From: an uncultured delta proteobacterium
GTDB taxonomy: Bacteria; Myxococcota; Myxococcia; Myxococcales; 40CM-4-68-19
DNA: 57,200 nt
Direction of reading: 5' to 3'
Assembly (NCBI GenBank): GCA_903911145.1
Contig: CAIWCD010000013.1
Coordinates: forward strand, 434,001 to 491,200
Part shown: one piece after another, positions 49,901 to 57,200 of the stretch
Position numbering within the stretch: the stretch's first letter is position 1
How the letters are laid out: each line of letters begins with the position of its first letter
Made by a program: the position numbers and the translations under genes
The notes under the pieces: model-generated
The model's database searches: none
What the model was told of the DNA's origin: nothing
What the model saw: the letters and a program-made list of their open reading frames with translations, nothing else

Positions 49901-49942
49901 GAAGCCCGTGAACGCCGCCGTCGAGGCGCGTCCACGGGCTTC
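49901..49942. terminator. Likely bidirectional terminator between convergent genes
   Basis: gaagcccgtg ... cacgggcttc stem, with an A-rich left flank and a T-rich right flank. Confidence 0.6.
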
Positions 49943-49965
49943 ATTCGTTTCGGGCTGCGCGCCGG

Positions 49966-51381
49966 CTACAGCTTGACGAGCAGAGAGAGGTTGAAGCGGT
50001 CCTCGGTCGTGCGCAGGTCCGGCGACCATCCCGGGACGAGCGAACCGGGTCCGCCGACCGTCATCGACGAACCGGTCGTGGTGTTCGATGCGCCCGGCGG
50101 CGTCATTCCGCCGTGGCCCGAGAAATACGGAACGCTCGCCGCGCGGTGATTGTATTCCGCGCGGAAGGTCACGAACTGCACCGGCATCCAATCGAGCGTG
50201 AGCGTGCCATCCCAGGCCAGGAACTTGTCGCCCGGATTCTCGGTGAAGTACGGCGTGCCGGTCGCCGCAGTCGCGCCGTTGATCGGCGGCATCAGCACAA
50301 GGTATCGGCCCGGATTGCTGATCGCTCCGCCGCCGACCGTGACACCGAAGAGGTCGTGGAAGAACCAGAGGCGGTCGTAGAGCATGAAGCCAGCGAAGTA
50401 CTGATCCGGGCGCGATGAGTTGCCGCCCGCGCAGACCACGCCGCCACCGTTCTCGCAGCCGAGATCGATGGTCAACGAGAAGGCCATCTTGGTGAGGAAC
50501 TTCGCAGGGTCGTCGTAGTACTTGATCTGGAGGCTATCGTCGCTATGCCAGCGATTGCGGCTCGGCTGGCCGACCGCATCGGTGCCATAGGCATAGCTGT
50601 TCGAAACCACGGAGATCGATCCTGTGGGACGCCACATGATCTGCATTCCCAATCCGGGCCGATTGTTGAACTTGCCGTACGACTGCCAGCCATTAATCAA
50701 CCACGGCTCGATCTTCAACGTCTCAGTCGGGAAGAACTGGATTCGCATTCCGTTGAAGAACCACGGCGTGTTCGACGACACATAGGACGGCTGATAGGCC
50801 CAGTTATCGAAGCTGTAATAGCTGAATAGACCCACATAGGACATGAAGATACCGGCCTCGATGTTAATGCCGTGCATCACGTCGAAGTGATACCCGCCGT
50901 AGGCCTCCGAGACATATCGATAGGCATCCGAGAGCGACCATTGACCGATCGTCGGGCTCGCGTCGTTGCGCGGAGTCATCGTCGAATACATGCCGAACTG
51001 GGTCATGAAACGACCGATCATTCCCTTGTAATGAAAGTCGCCGCCGATGCCGAGCATCTGCACCTGGAACTCATCGGTGCGGCCGCTCTCCGACGTGCCG
51101 CCGAGCGTATGGTCGATCGGATGCGATAGGTCGTCGATATAGCTGGTATCAACGCGGAACTCGCCGGTGAAGTACTTGGTATCGATCGGCGATTCGCTGG
51201 TGCGGGGATTTCCATTCAGCCAGGTGAAGTCGGCGAACGCGAACGGGTCAGATGCTGGCGCTTCGGCAACGGTGCCGCCGTCGGTGGGAACACCAGCGTC
51301 AAGGGGCGCGACGTCCGCGGGTTCGGCTGCGCGAGCGGAGGCCGCGATGAGTGCGGCGAAGAGAACGATGCGGACGGACAT
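49966..51381 (-). CDS. Outer-membrane beta-barrel / putative porin (DUF3138/BBP2-like)
   Basis: AGGAG RBS, signal peptide, PFAFADFTWLNGNPR, AGIFMSYVGLFSYY..DNWAYQPSYVSSNTPWFFNG, amphipathic strands. Confidence 0.7.
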   Translation of the reverse strand: MSVRIVLFAALIAASARAAEPADVAPLDAGVPTDGGTVAEAPASDPFAFADFTWLNGNPRTSESPIDTKYFTGEFRVDTSYIDDLSHPIDHTLGGTSESGRTDEFQVQMLGIGGDFHYKGMIGRFMTQFGMYSTMTPRNDASPTIGQWSLSDAYRYVSEAYGGYHFDVMHGINIEAGIFMSYVGLFSYYSFDNWAYQPSYVSSNTPWFFNGMRIQFFPTETLKIEPWLINGWQSYGKFNNRPGLGMQIMWRPTGSISVVSNSYAYGTDAVGQPSRNRWHSDDSLQIKYYDDPAKFLTKMAFSLTIDLGCENGGGVVCAGGNSSRPDQYFAGFMLYDRLWFFHDLFGVTVGGGAISNPGRYLVLMPPINGATAATGTPYFTENPGDKFLAWDGTLTLDWMPVQFVTFRAEYNHRAASVPYFSGHGGMTPPGASNTTTGSSMTVGGPGSLVPGWSPDLRTTEDRFNLSLLVKL

Positions 51382-51566
51382 TTTCAGTCTCCTATGAACT
51401 GCGAGTGCCGCGTTGCCGATGCAGGTCGCGTGCCGCGGTCGGGCAGCGCGCCGCGAGGAGCGCCACTCTGGTCGAGCGGGTGCGCCGTGCAATTCGCAAC
51501 GCAGCATCTCCCGCGGATTGCGAGATGCAATTCAATGGCTGGCGGAAACTGCGGTAAGGCGACGCG

Positions 51567-52742
51567 GTGAATCCCGACGAACGGACATCGCTCGGCGAGC
51601 TGGCGGCGCTCTTCTTCCGCCTCGGCACGACTGCCTTCGGCGGGCCGCCCGCACACATCGCGATGATGCGCGACGAGGCAGTCGTGCGGCGGCGCTGGAT
51701 GAGCGAGGCGCGATTCCTCGATCTGCTCGGCGCGGCGAATCTGATTCCGGGGCCAAGCTCGACGGAGCTTGCGCTGCACATCGGCTGGCAGCGTCGCGGT
51801 CTCGCGGGTCTCATCGTGGCGGGTCTCTGCTTCATCGTGCCGGCGATGCTGATCACGGGCGGCGTCGCCTGGGCGTACGTGCGCGCGGGGAGCCTGCCGC
51901 AGGCGCAGTGGCTGATGGGCGGCGTCAAGCCGGTCATCCTCGCGGTGATCGCACAGGCTGTCGTTGGTCTGCTGCCGACTGCCGCGCGCACGAACAATCT
52001 GCGCCTGCTCGCGCTCGCTGCCGCGGTGGGCTCTGCGCTCGGCGTCAACGCGCTCGGCCTGCTCTGCGCCGCGGGCGCGCTCTCGGTGATCACGCGCAAG
52101 CTGGAGTCGCCGACGAACGCATCGGACTCGCTTCAACAGGTCGGCGCAGCAGTTCCCGCCGCGGTCAGCCAGGCCGCTCTGGGCGCGGGCGCGGCGACGA
52201 TCGGGACCGTGAGCGCGCTGACCTTGCCTGCGCTCTTCTGGGTCTTCTTCAAGACCGGCGCGGTGCTCTTCGGCAGCGGCTATGTGCTGCTCTCGTTTCT
52301 CCGCGCGGACCTCGTGCAGCGCCTCGGATGGCTCACCGAATCACAACTCATGGACGCGATCGCGATCGGCCAGATCACGCCCGGCCCCGTCTTCACGACC
52401 GCCACATTCATCGGCTACATCCTCGCCGGCCCACGCGGTGCGCTCGTTGCCACCGCAGGGATCTTCCTTCCGGCATTCATCCTCGTCGCGCTGAGCGGAC
52501 CGCTCGTGCCGCGGCTGCGCGCATCGAAGAGCGCGGGCGCATTTCTCGATGGAGTCAACGCTGCATCTCTCTCGCTGATGGCTGTCGTCGGCGCCCAGCT
52601 TGGTCGGGCGGCGCTCGTCGATCTTCCGTCGATCGTGCTTGCGATCGCGGCGCTCGCGATTCTGCTGCGATTCAAGTTGAATCCGAGCTGGCTCGTGCTG
52701 GGCGGGGCTTGCGCAGGATGGGCGATTCACGCGCTCGGGTAG
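51567..52742 (+). CDS. chrA: Chromate ion transporter (long-chain CHR family)
   Basis: Duplicated halves: AFGGPPAH...LIPGPSSTE and LFGSGYVL...QITPGPVF. Confidence 0.92.
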   Translation: MNPDERTSLGELAALFFRLGTTAFGGPPAHIAMMRDEAVVRRRWMSEARFLDLLGAANLIPGPSSTELALHIGWQRRGLAGLIVAGLCFIVPAMLITGGVAWAYVRAGSLPQAQWLMGGVKPVILAVIAQAVVGLLPTAARTNNLRLLALAAAVGSALGVNALGLLCAAGALSVITRKLESPTNASDSLQQVGAAVPAAVSQAALGAGAATIGTVSALTLPALFWVFFKTGAVLFGSGYVLLSFLRADLVQRLGWLTESQLMDAIAIGQITPGPVFTTATFIGYILAGPRGALVATAGIFLPAFILVALSGPLVPRLRASKSAGAFLDGVNAASLSLMAVVGAQLGRAALVDLPSIVLAIAALAILLRFKLNPSWLVLGGACAGWAIHALG

Positions 52743-52788
52743 TGCAGTCTGCGCGACGCCGCAACCATCCGTTCCTTGCCTCGAGCAG

Positions 52789-53907
52789 CTACAGCGGCGG
52801 CCACCGGTAAGCCTTGTCGAAGATCTCATCTCCTTCGATGAGGTAGAGCCCGCGCTTCTCCGCCCAGCGCGCGGCTGCGCAGACCGTGATGCGCCAGTCT
52901 TCGACTTCGGTACCAAAGCACGCGACCGCATCAGACTTGAGCGCGCTCCATCGCTCGCCATCCAATCGAGATGCAAGTGTCCTCGCGCCCGCTGCATCGA
53001 GGAATCCGCACGTGCCGTTTGCATCGCCACTGGGTTTCAGTCGCCGGTCCCATTCGCGGAATGCCAGTGCCGGCGCGAGCGAGCTTGTGCTTCGAAGCAA
53101 CCGTCGCAGCTCGCCCGCTGCCTCCGAAGCCGGCAGCACTGTTGCGGCAGCGGGCACCACGGAGACGGATTGCGGATTTCCTGGTGTCCGTTCCGTCATC
53201 GTCACGTGCCGGTATTTGAAATCTTCTCGGTAGGCGAGGTAGCCAAGCCAACGGTCTCGACCCTGCCACCACGCAGGACCGAGTCGCCCAAGCAGCATCC
53301 CGAGCGCGCGCCACATTGCTGCGCCATAACTGGCGAGCTGGTTGTCCACGTCCTGCTCGGATGCGCCCGCGCCGCGCTCGACTTTCGGTTTGATTGTGGC
53401 CGCGATGCGCTCCCAGAGATTCGGACGCGCTTCTTCCGCGACGAGTACAGCGGCCTCATGCTGAGCCGCGACGAATTCGAGATAGTGCGCGACGGCCTGC
53501 GCGATTTCGATGGCCCCTCGCGCGGCGTATTCGTCGCGACGGAGCTGCCCGCATGAGAGACCGAGAGCGGCTCCTTGAGCGGAAAAGAACGCCTCCAGTT
53601 CCGGATCCTTCCTCGGCTGCTCCAACCAATCCATCGCAGCGAGCACGCCTTCCACATCGGACGCCGCGATGAAGTAAGGCAGCGCGTTGGCCGCGTAGGC
53701 GAACCCTGTGTTCTGGTCGGCATCACGAACCTTGCGGTGGATGCTCGCGATCACCCGTTCGCTGGCAGCGACGGCTCTCTGATGCGTCTCGGCACTCTTG
53801 CCCATTTCCACGCAGATCCGCTCGCGGTCACCTGGAGTCGACACAAAGCGCTGCACCTGCTCGAGCAGCCTTGTGGACGCTCCGAAGAGGTAGACACGCT
53901 GGGCCAA
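52789..53907 (-). CDS. Hypothetical protein
   Basis: Long ORF; GGAGA RBS 6 nt before TTG 53907; no recognisable motif. Confidence 0.65.
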   Translation of the reverse strand: MAQRVYLFGASTRLLEQVQRFVSTPGDRERICVEMGKSAETHQRAVAASERVIASIHRKVRDADQNTGFAYAANALPYFIAASDVEGVLAAMDWLEQPRKDPELEAFFSAQGAALGLSCGQLRRDEYAARGAIEIAQAVAHYLEFVAAQHEAAVLVAEEARPNLWERIAATIKPKVERGAGASEQDVDNQLASYGAAMWRALGMLLGRLGPAWWQGRDRWLGYLAYREDFKYRHVTMTERTPGNPQSVSVVPAAATVLPASEAAGELRRLLRSTSSLAPALAFREWDRRLKPSGDANGTCGFLDAAGARTLASRLDGERWSALKSDAVACFGTEVEDWRITVCAAARWAEKRGLYLIEGDEIFDKAYRWPPL

Positions 53908-54006
53908 GGGATTTCTCCGAATGGGCTGCTTGGCGAGTGGCCACTGCGCGCAGGCCGACATCCCGCTAGAGCGGAGATTGATTCAGCTCTTCGGGACGGA
54001 ATTGAG

Positions 54007-54056
54007 TGGAGGCACCGATCGGAGTCGAACCGATGTATGAGGGATTTGCAGGCCCT
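54007..54056 (-). tRNA. 3' fragment of tRNA-Cys(GCA), serving as att site (not an intact tRNA)
   Basis: Minus strand reads aggg-c-CTGCAAA-tccct-catac-atcgg-TTCGACT-ccgat-cggtgcc-T-CCA (anticodon loop, T-arm, acceptor 3' strand, U73, CCA). No D-arm or GGCACCG 5' strand upstream. Confidence 0.85.
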
Positions 54057-54151
54057 TGTTGTTTTGCCTTTTTTCAGAGGAGAATGGTTGCTGTTCATAC
54101 CATTTTTCGCTATTCATCCACTCACTATCCACTCGGCTGAGGGGTTTTGGA

Positions 54152-55423
54152 ATGGCAAAGATCAAGCGGCTGCCCTGGCCTGGGATGGGCTTCATCCGCG
54201 TCGTCGGCATCGGTAAGAACGCCGTCTCGACCTACGTGATCCGCAAGCGCATCGGCGGCCAACAGTTCGAGGTCAGCACGCGCCGGATGGTCGCCGATGC
54301 AGCGATCGTTGAGTTCCGACGGTTTGAGAACGATCCGCACAGCTATGCTCCCTTGCCGGATGCGCCGCCGGAAGCACCAGCGGGCCCTTCGCCACTCTTT
54401 CTGACCGGCGAGCTACAGGACGACTACCTCCGCTACTCGGCACGTCACTGCGGCAACTCTCCGGGCTGGTACGCGAAGAAGAGTCGCTATCTCGCCGCGT
54501 GGGCCGATGCGCTGCGCTCTGTGAATCTGCGCGAACTCGACATGGAGAAGCACGTCCTTCCCCATCTCAAAGATCGCGCGGGGAGACCGCACGCCACCGC
54601 GGTTTTGAAGCACTTCATCAGCTGGCTGCGCGACCCCGAGAACGGACCCAAGCCAGAGCAGCGGCTCGTCCGCGAAGAAGGCCGCTGCGTCATCGACTAC
54701 CAGCCGAGGAAGAAGACGAAGGCGCGGCAAGATTCGCAGGCGCGCTGGTTTTCCTTCGAGAGCTGGCTCGCGGTGCGAGCTCACCTGTCGCCGTGGATGC
54801 AGGACGCTGGCGACGTGCTGGCCGCAACCGGCTGGCACTCAACGGAGTTGCTCGCGTTCGTGCGCAAGGAGGGCGAGGCGGGACGGATCGAGAATCCACC
54901 GAGTGGTGCCCTGCCCTACGGGATGGGCTTTGCGGTGACCAGCAGCAAGCGCGCTGTCGAGCTCGCGGTCCCCGTCGATTCGAAGGTACTGGTGACGCGC
55001 CACAAGGGCGGACAGCTGCACAAGACCATGGTGAACATTGAAGTCGCGAAGATCGCTGAGCGCCTTCAGCAGCGTGGAAGTCTCGACTTGAACCGCCTGA
55101 CGAACCGACTTGCGTGGCTCTGCCGCAAGAAGAATCTCGCCAAGGACCACGATGGTCCGACGGCGCCGCTTCCCAATGGAGTGCAGCCTGCCGTCACGCC
55201 GGGAGCGTTTCGTCACTCTGTCGCCACGTGGCTGTACAACGCGAGAACTCCGCTGCCGGTGATCTCAACGTTCCTCGGGCACATGTCTCCGGCGACCACG
55301 AAGAAATTCTACGCAACGCTCGGCGTAGCCGAGAACCCGATGCTGGTCCGCGCGCATCTGCCGGCAGTGGAGGAGGCGAAAGCCAAGAAGGTCCAGCGGA
55401 GCCGCACCAACCCTTCGCGGTGA
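54152..55423 (+). CDS. Tyrosine recombinase/integrase with atypical active-site motifs
   Basis: N-terminal arm-binding-like beta domain, LAATGWHSTEL (box I), HKGG, TPGAFRHSVATW and FLGHMSPATTKKFY (box II with Tyr); adjacent to att. Confidence 0.85.
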   Translation: MAKIKRLPWPGMGFIRVVGIGKNAVSTYVIRKRIGGQQFEVSTRRMVADAAIVEFRRFENDPHSYAPLPDAPPEAPAGPSPLFLTGELQDDYLRYSARHCGNSPGWYAKKSRYLAAWADALRSVNLRELDMEKHVLPHLKDRAGRPHATAVLKHFISWLRDPENGPKPEQRLVREEGRCVIDYQPRKKTKARQDSQARWFSFESWLAVRAHLSPWMQDAGDVLAATGWHSTELLAFVRKEGEAGRIENPPSGALPYGMGFAVTSSKRAVELAVPVDSKVLVTRHKGGQLHKTMVNIEVAKIAERLQQRGSLDLNRLTNRLAWLCRKKNLAKDHDGPTAPLPNGVQPAVTPGAFRHSVATWLYNARTPLPVISTFLGHMSPATTKKFYATLGVAENPMLVRAHLPAVEEAKAKKVQRSRTNPSR

Positions 55424-55443
55424 GCTGCCGCGCATCCAGCGCA

Positions 55444-55557
55444 GGCCGATTTTGGCCGATCCATTTGGTGCGGTGCTCACTGCGGCGCTGACGACGTATC
55501 TCGTCTCGATGTCACCCGCATCCACGAGGCACATTGGCCGATCTCTTGGCCGATCTC
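55444..55557 (+). repeat. Two pairs of GGCCGAT direct repeats
   Basis: ggccgat at 55444 and 55454; perfect tandem ttggccgatctc at 55534-55545 and 55546-55557. Confidence 0.8.
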
Positions 55558-55566
55558 TGCGCTGCC

Positions 55567-56028
55567 CTATGGACGGCTTGACGCGATTCTCTTTGCCGCC
55601 TGCACGAGTGCATTCCAGTCGCCGGGAGGGTTCCCTTTCGCGAGCATCTTCGCGAAGACGGCGTAGGCGTCGGTCTTGGATCCATAGGTTCGCAGCGTCT
55701 CGCTGTCGTTCACCCATGCATAGACGAGGATCCGCGCCCTCGAGTCGAAGCGGAAGAAGAGCCGGAATCGCTGCCCGCCAAACTTGGCGCGAAACCAGTG
55801 CTTGCCGCCGGCACCAAGCGTCGCTCCCTGCCGGTACTCAGGCCGCGTTGGATCGGCGGGAATCGTGACGAACATCAGCTGCCGAAGCGAGGCGAGCACC
55901 TTGAAGTTGGCACTGCCCTCGTAGTCCTTGGGCTTCTTCGCTCGCAGCTTCTCAACCGCACCAACCAGCTTGTCGAGCTGATCGAGCAGGAGCGGATGCG
56001 CGAAGAGTTCCCAGCCGTTGACCTGCAT
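55567..56028 (-). CDS. YhaV-family toxin (RelE superfamily)
   Basis: NGWELFAHPLL, IPADPTRPEYRQGATLG...HWFRAKF..QRFRLFFRF...AWVND..TLRTYGSKTDAY.VF..ML..GNPP.DW. Confidence 0.9.
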   Translation of the reverse strand: MQVNGWELFAHPLLLDQLDKLVGAVEKLRAKKPKDYEGSANFKVLASLRQLMFVTIPADPTRPEYRQGATLGAGGKHWFRAKFGGQRFRLFFRFDSRARILVYAWVNDSETLRTYGSKTDAYAVFAKMLAKGNPPGDWNALVQAAKRIASSRP

Positions 56029-56031
56029 CCG

Positions 56032-56355
56032 TCAGAGATCCACAGCGCCGTCGATCTCTGCGTCGAGGTCGATCTTCTTGCTCTTGGTCAGCCGGGCCAT
56101 GCGAGCCGCGAACTCTCGCGACAGCGGCTTGATCGCCTGAGGACGCTGCCCGATGTCCTTCGCCAAGAACTCCAGGAAACTGCCGAGCGCCGGATCTTCG
56201 TGCGCTTCCTCGACGGCGTGAAGCGTGACGTGATTCTTCTCGACGCGAAACGCAACTCGCCCGCCGTAGTCGATGCCGAGGACCTGGCGCACGGCCTTGG
56301 GAACTGTGGTCTGCCCTTTCGCCGTGATCGTGCTGACCTCTTCAAGAACAGCCAT
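56032..56355 (-). CDS. PrlF (SohA)-family antitoxin (AbrB fold)
   Basis: STITAKGQTTVPKAVRQVLG, EDPALGSFLEFLAKDI, IDLDAEI; GGAGG RBS. Confidence 0.9.
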   Translation of the reverse strand: MAVLEEVSTITAKGQTTVPKAVRQVLGIDYGGRVAFRVEKNHVTLHAVEEAHEDPALGSFLEFLAKDIGQRPQAIKPLSREFAARMARLTKSKKIDLDAEIDGAVDL

Positions 56356-56381
56356 GTCGCCTCCGTGATTCGAACGACGCA

Positions 56382-56410
56382 ACTGTAAGGATTATTCCTT
56401 ACTTCGTCAA
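56382..56410 (-). promoter_or_regulatory. Sigma70 promoter with overlapping palindromic operator for the prlF-yhaV-like operon
   Basis: TTGACG-N17-TACAGT on the minus strand; perfect inverted repeat GTAAGGA-ttat-TCCTTAC at 56385-56402. Confidence 0.75.
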
Positions 56411-56470
56411 GACGAGCGCAGCCCGTGACGCCAGCGTGCACGCATCCCTCCTGCTGCGTCGTGCCCGCAC

Positions 56471-56857
56471 TCACACTTTGCGCACGGGCCCCGCGTACCG
56501 GGCCAACTGCGCATCGCTGGTGAGCAGGGTGACGCCTTCGTGCAAGGCCTGGGCGAGAAGCATGCGATCGAAGGGATCCTTGTGCAGCAGAGGAAGGCTG
56601 TCGATGCTCACGGCATGTTCGCTGGAAATGGGCAGCTCGGTGTAGCCGTTGTCGAGCAGGCCTCGACGCAGCAGGCGAGGCTCGACCCGGAAGTCTTCTC
56701 GGCCCAGCGTCTTCTTGATGGCGATCTCCCAGAGGCTTGCGGCGCTGAAGAGGAGCTCGTTGCGCGGGTCGTTCAGGAGCTTGCGGGCCGAGGCCGAGAG
56801 CCGGCTCGGCTGGCCAGCGGCCCAGAGCAGCAGGTGGGTGTCGAGCAGGAGCTTCAT
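56471..56857 (-). CDS. VapC-family PIN-domain toxin
   Basis: LLLDTHLLLW, SAASLWEIAIK, HKDPFDRMLLAQA, LLTSD. Confidence 0.93.
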   Translation of the reverse strand: MKLLLDTHLLLWAAGQPSRLSASARKLLNDPRNELLFSAASLWEIAIKKTLGREDFRVEPRLLRRGLLDNGYTELPISSEHAVSIDSLPLLHKDPFDRMLLAQALHEGVTLLTSDAQLARYAGPVRKV

Positions 56858-57093
56858 GCTTCGGTCCCGAACAACGCGGCGATCTCGGTCTCGCCCATGC
56901 GGTCAAAATCGCGAGGCACGTCGATCTCGCCCTTCATGAATCCCAGCCGTCGTGGGGTCACGGGCCTATCCAGCGCTGCCACCTTGACCAGCGGTTTGCC
57001 CGCCTTCGCGATCACGAAGGCATCACCCTTCGCGGCTTGATCGACCAACTTCGAGAGCTGGGTTTTCGCTTGATGGATGTTGACGGTGACCAT
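56854..57093 (-). CDS. Phd/YefM-family antitoxin
   Basis: VNIHQAKTQLSKLVD...FVIAKAGKPLVKV; overlaps the toxin start (ATGA). Confidence 0.93.
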   Translation of the reverse strand: MVTVNIHQAKTQLSKLVDQAAKGDAFVIAKAGKPLVKVAALDRPVTPRRLGFMKGEIDVPRDFDRMGETEIAALFGTEA

Positions 57094-57106
57094 GGCCGCC
57101 TCAGTG

Positions 57107-57129
57107 GACTAAGTTGATTGAACTAAGTC
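57107..57129. promoter_or_regulatory. Candidate autoregulatory operator of the Phd/VapC module
   Basis: gactaagtt-gattg-aactaagtc: near-palindrome with ACTAAGT repeated, just upstream of the RBS. Confidence 0.55.
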
Positions 57130-57200
57130 TAGCCAGATCTCCCGGACACAGGCAAGCGAACGCGATGACGAACGGGAGCGCTGGCGCGATGGGGAACGGG

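Larger units (their letters stand above)
54007..57200. mobile_element. Left end of a tRNA-Cys-integrated genomic island or prophage; continues beyond the window
   Basis: tRNA 3' fragment, AT-rich att-flanking DNA, adjacent tyrosine integrase and TA cargo. Confidence 0.8.

Noticed and set aside
54007..54085. Complete tRNA-Cys gene
   Set aside because: No D-arm and no 5' acceptor strand complementary to CGGTGCC; only the 3' part is present.
55465..55500. tggtgcgg as the reverse complement of a second tRNA 3' end
   Set aside because: No TTCGA T-loop at the expected distance.

Overview
High-GC bacterial chromosome segment, almost certainly Myxococcota. The evidence is a RomR polarity regulator beside valS, a TIGR04563-type small-protein pair beside tilS, a myxobacterial-type Fic protein and DAG-linker lipoproteins. 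Positions 1-~52.7 kb are mostly core genes (ilvE, nfo, cysteine desulfurase, rsmD, hisS, psd, tsaE, nnr, pdxJ, E2 acyltransferase, birA, nadC, valS, romR, glmM, folP, ftsH, tilS) mixed with envelope and unknown genes. A ~4.6 kb plus-strand carbohydrate cassette (orphan PTS EIIC, small ORF, GT2-like protein, GH16 lipoprotein with a 4x Cys repeat) interrupts a minus-strand core block. At ~54.0 kb a displaced 3' fragment of tRNA-Cys(GCA) marks the left end of an integrated element that runs off the window. It carries a tyrosine integrase with non-canonical catalytic motifs and two type II toxin-antitoxin modules (PrlF/YhaV-like, Phd/VapC). Most notable: ValS is fused to a histone-H1-like tail that has its own internal RBS and ATG; the integrase has R->H and H->G substitutions; the Fic protein lacks its catalytic His; and the GH16 cassette. 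All family assignments come from motif recognition and recall, not database searches.
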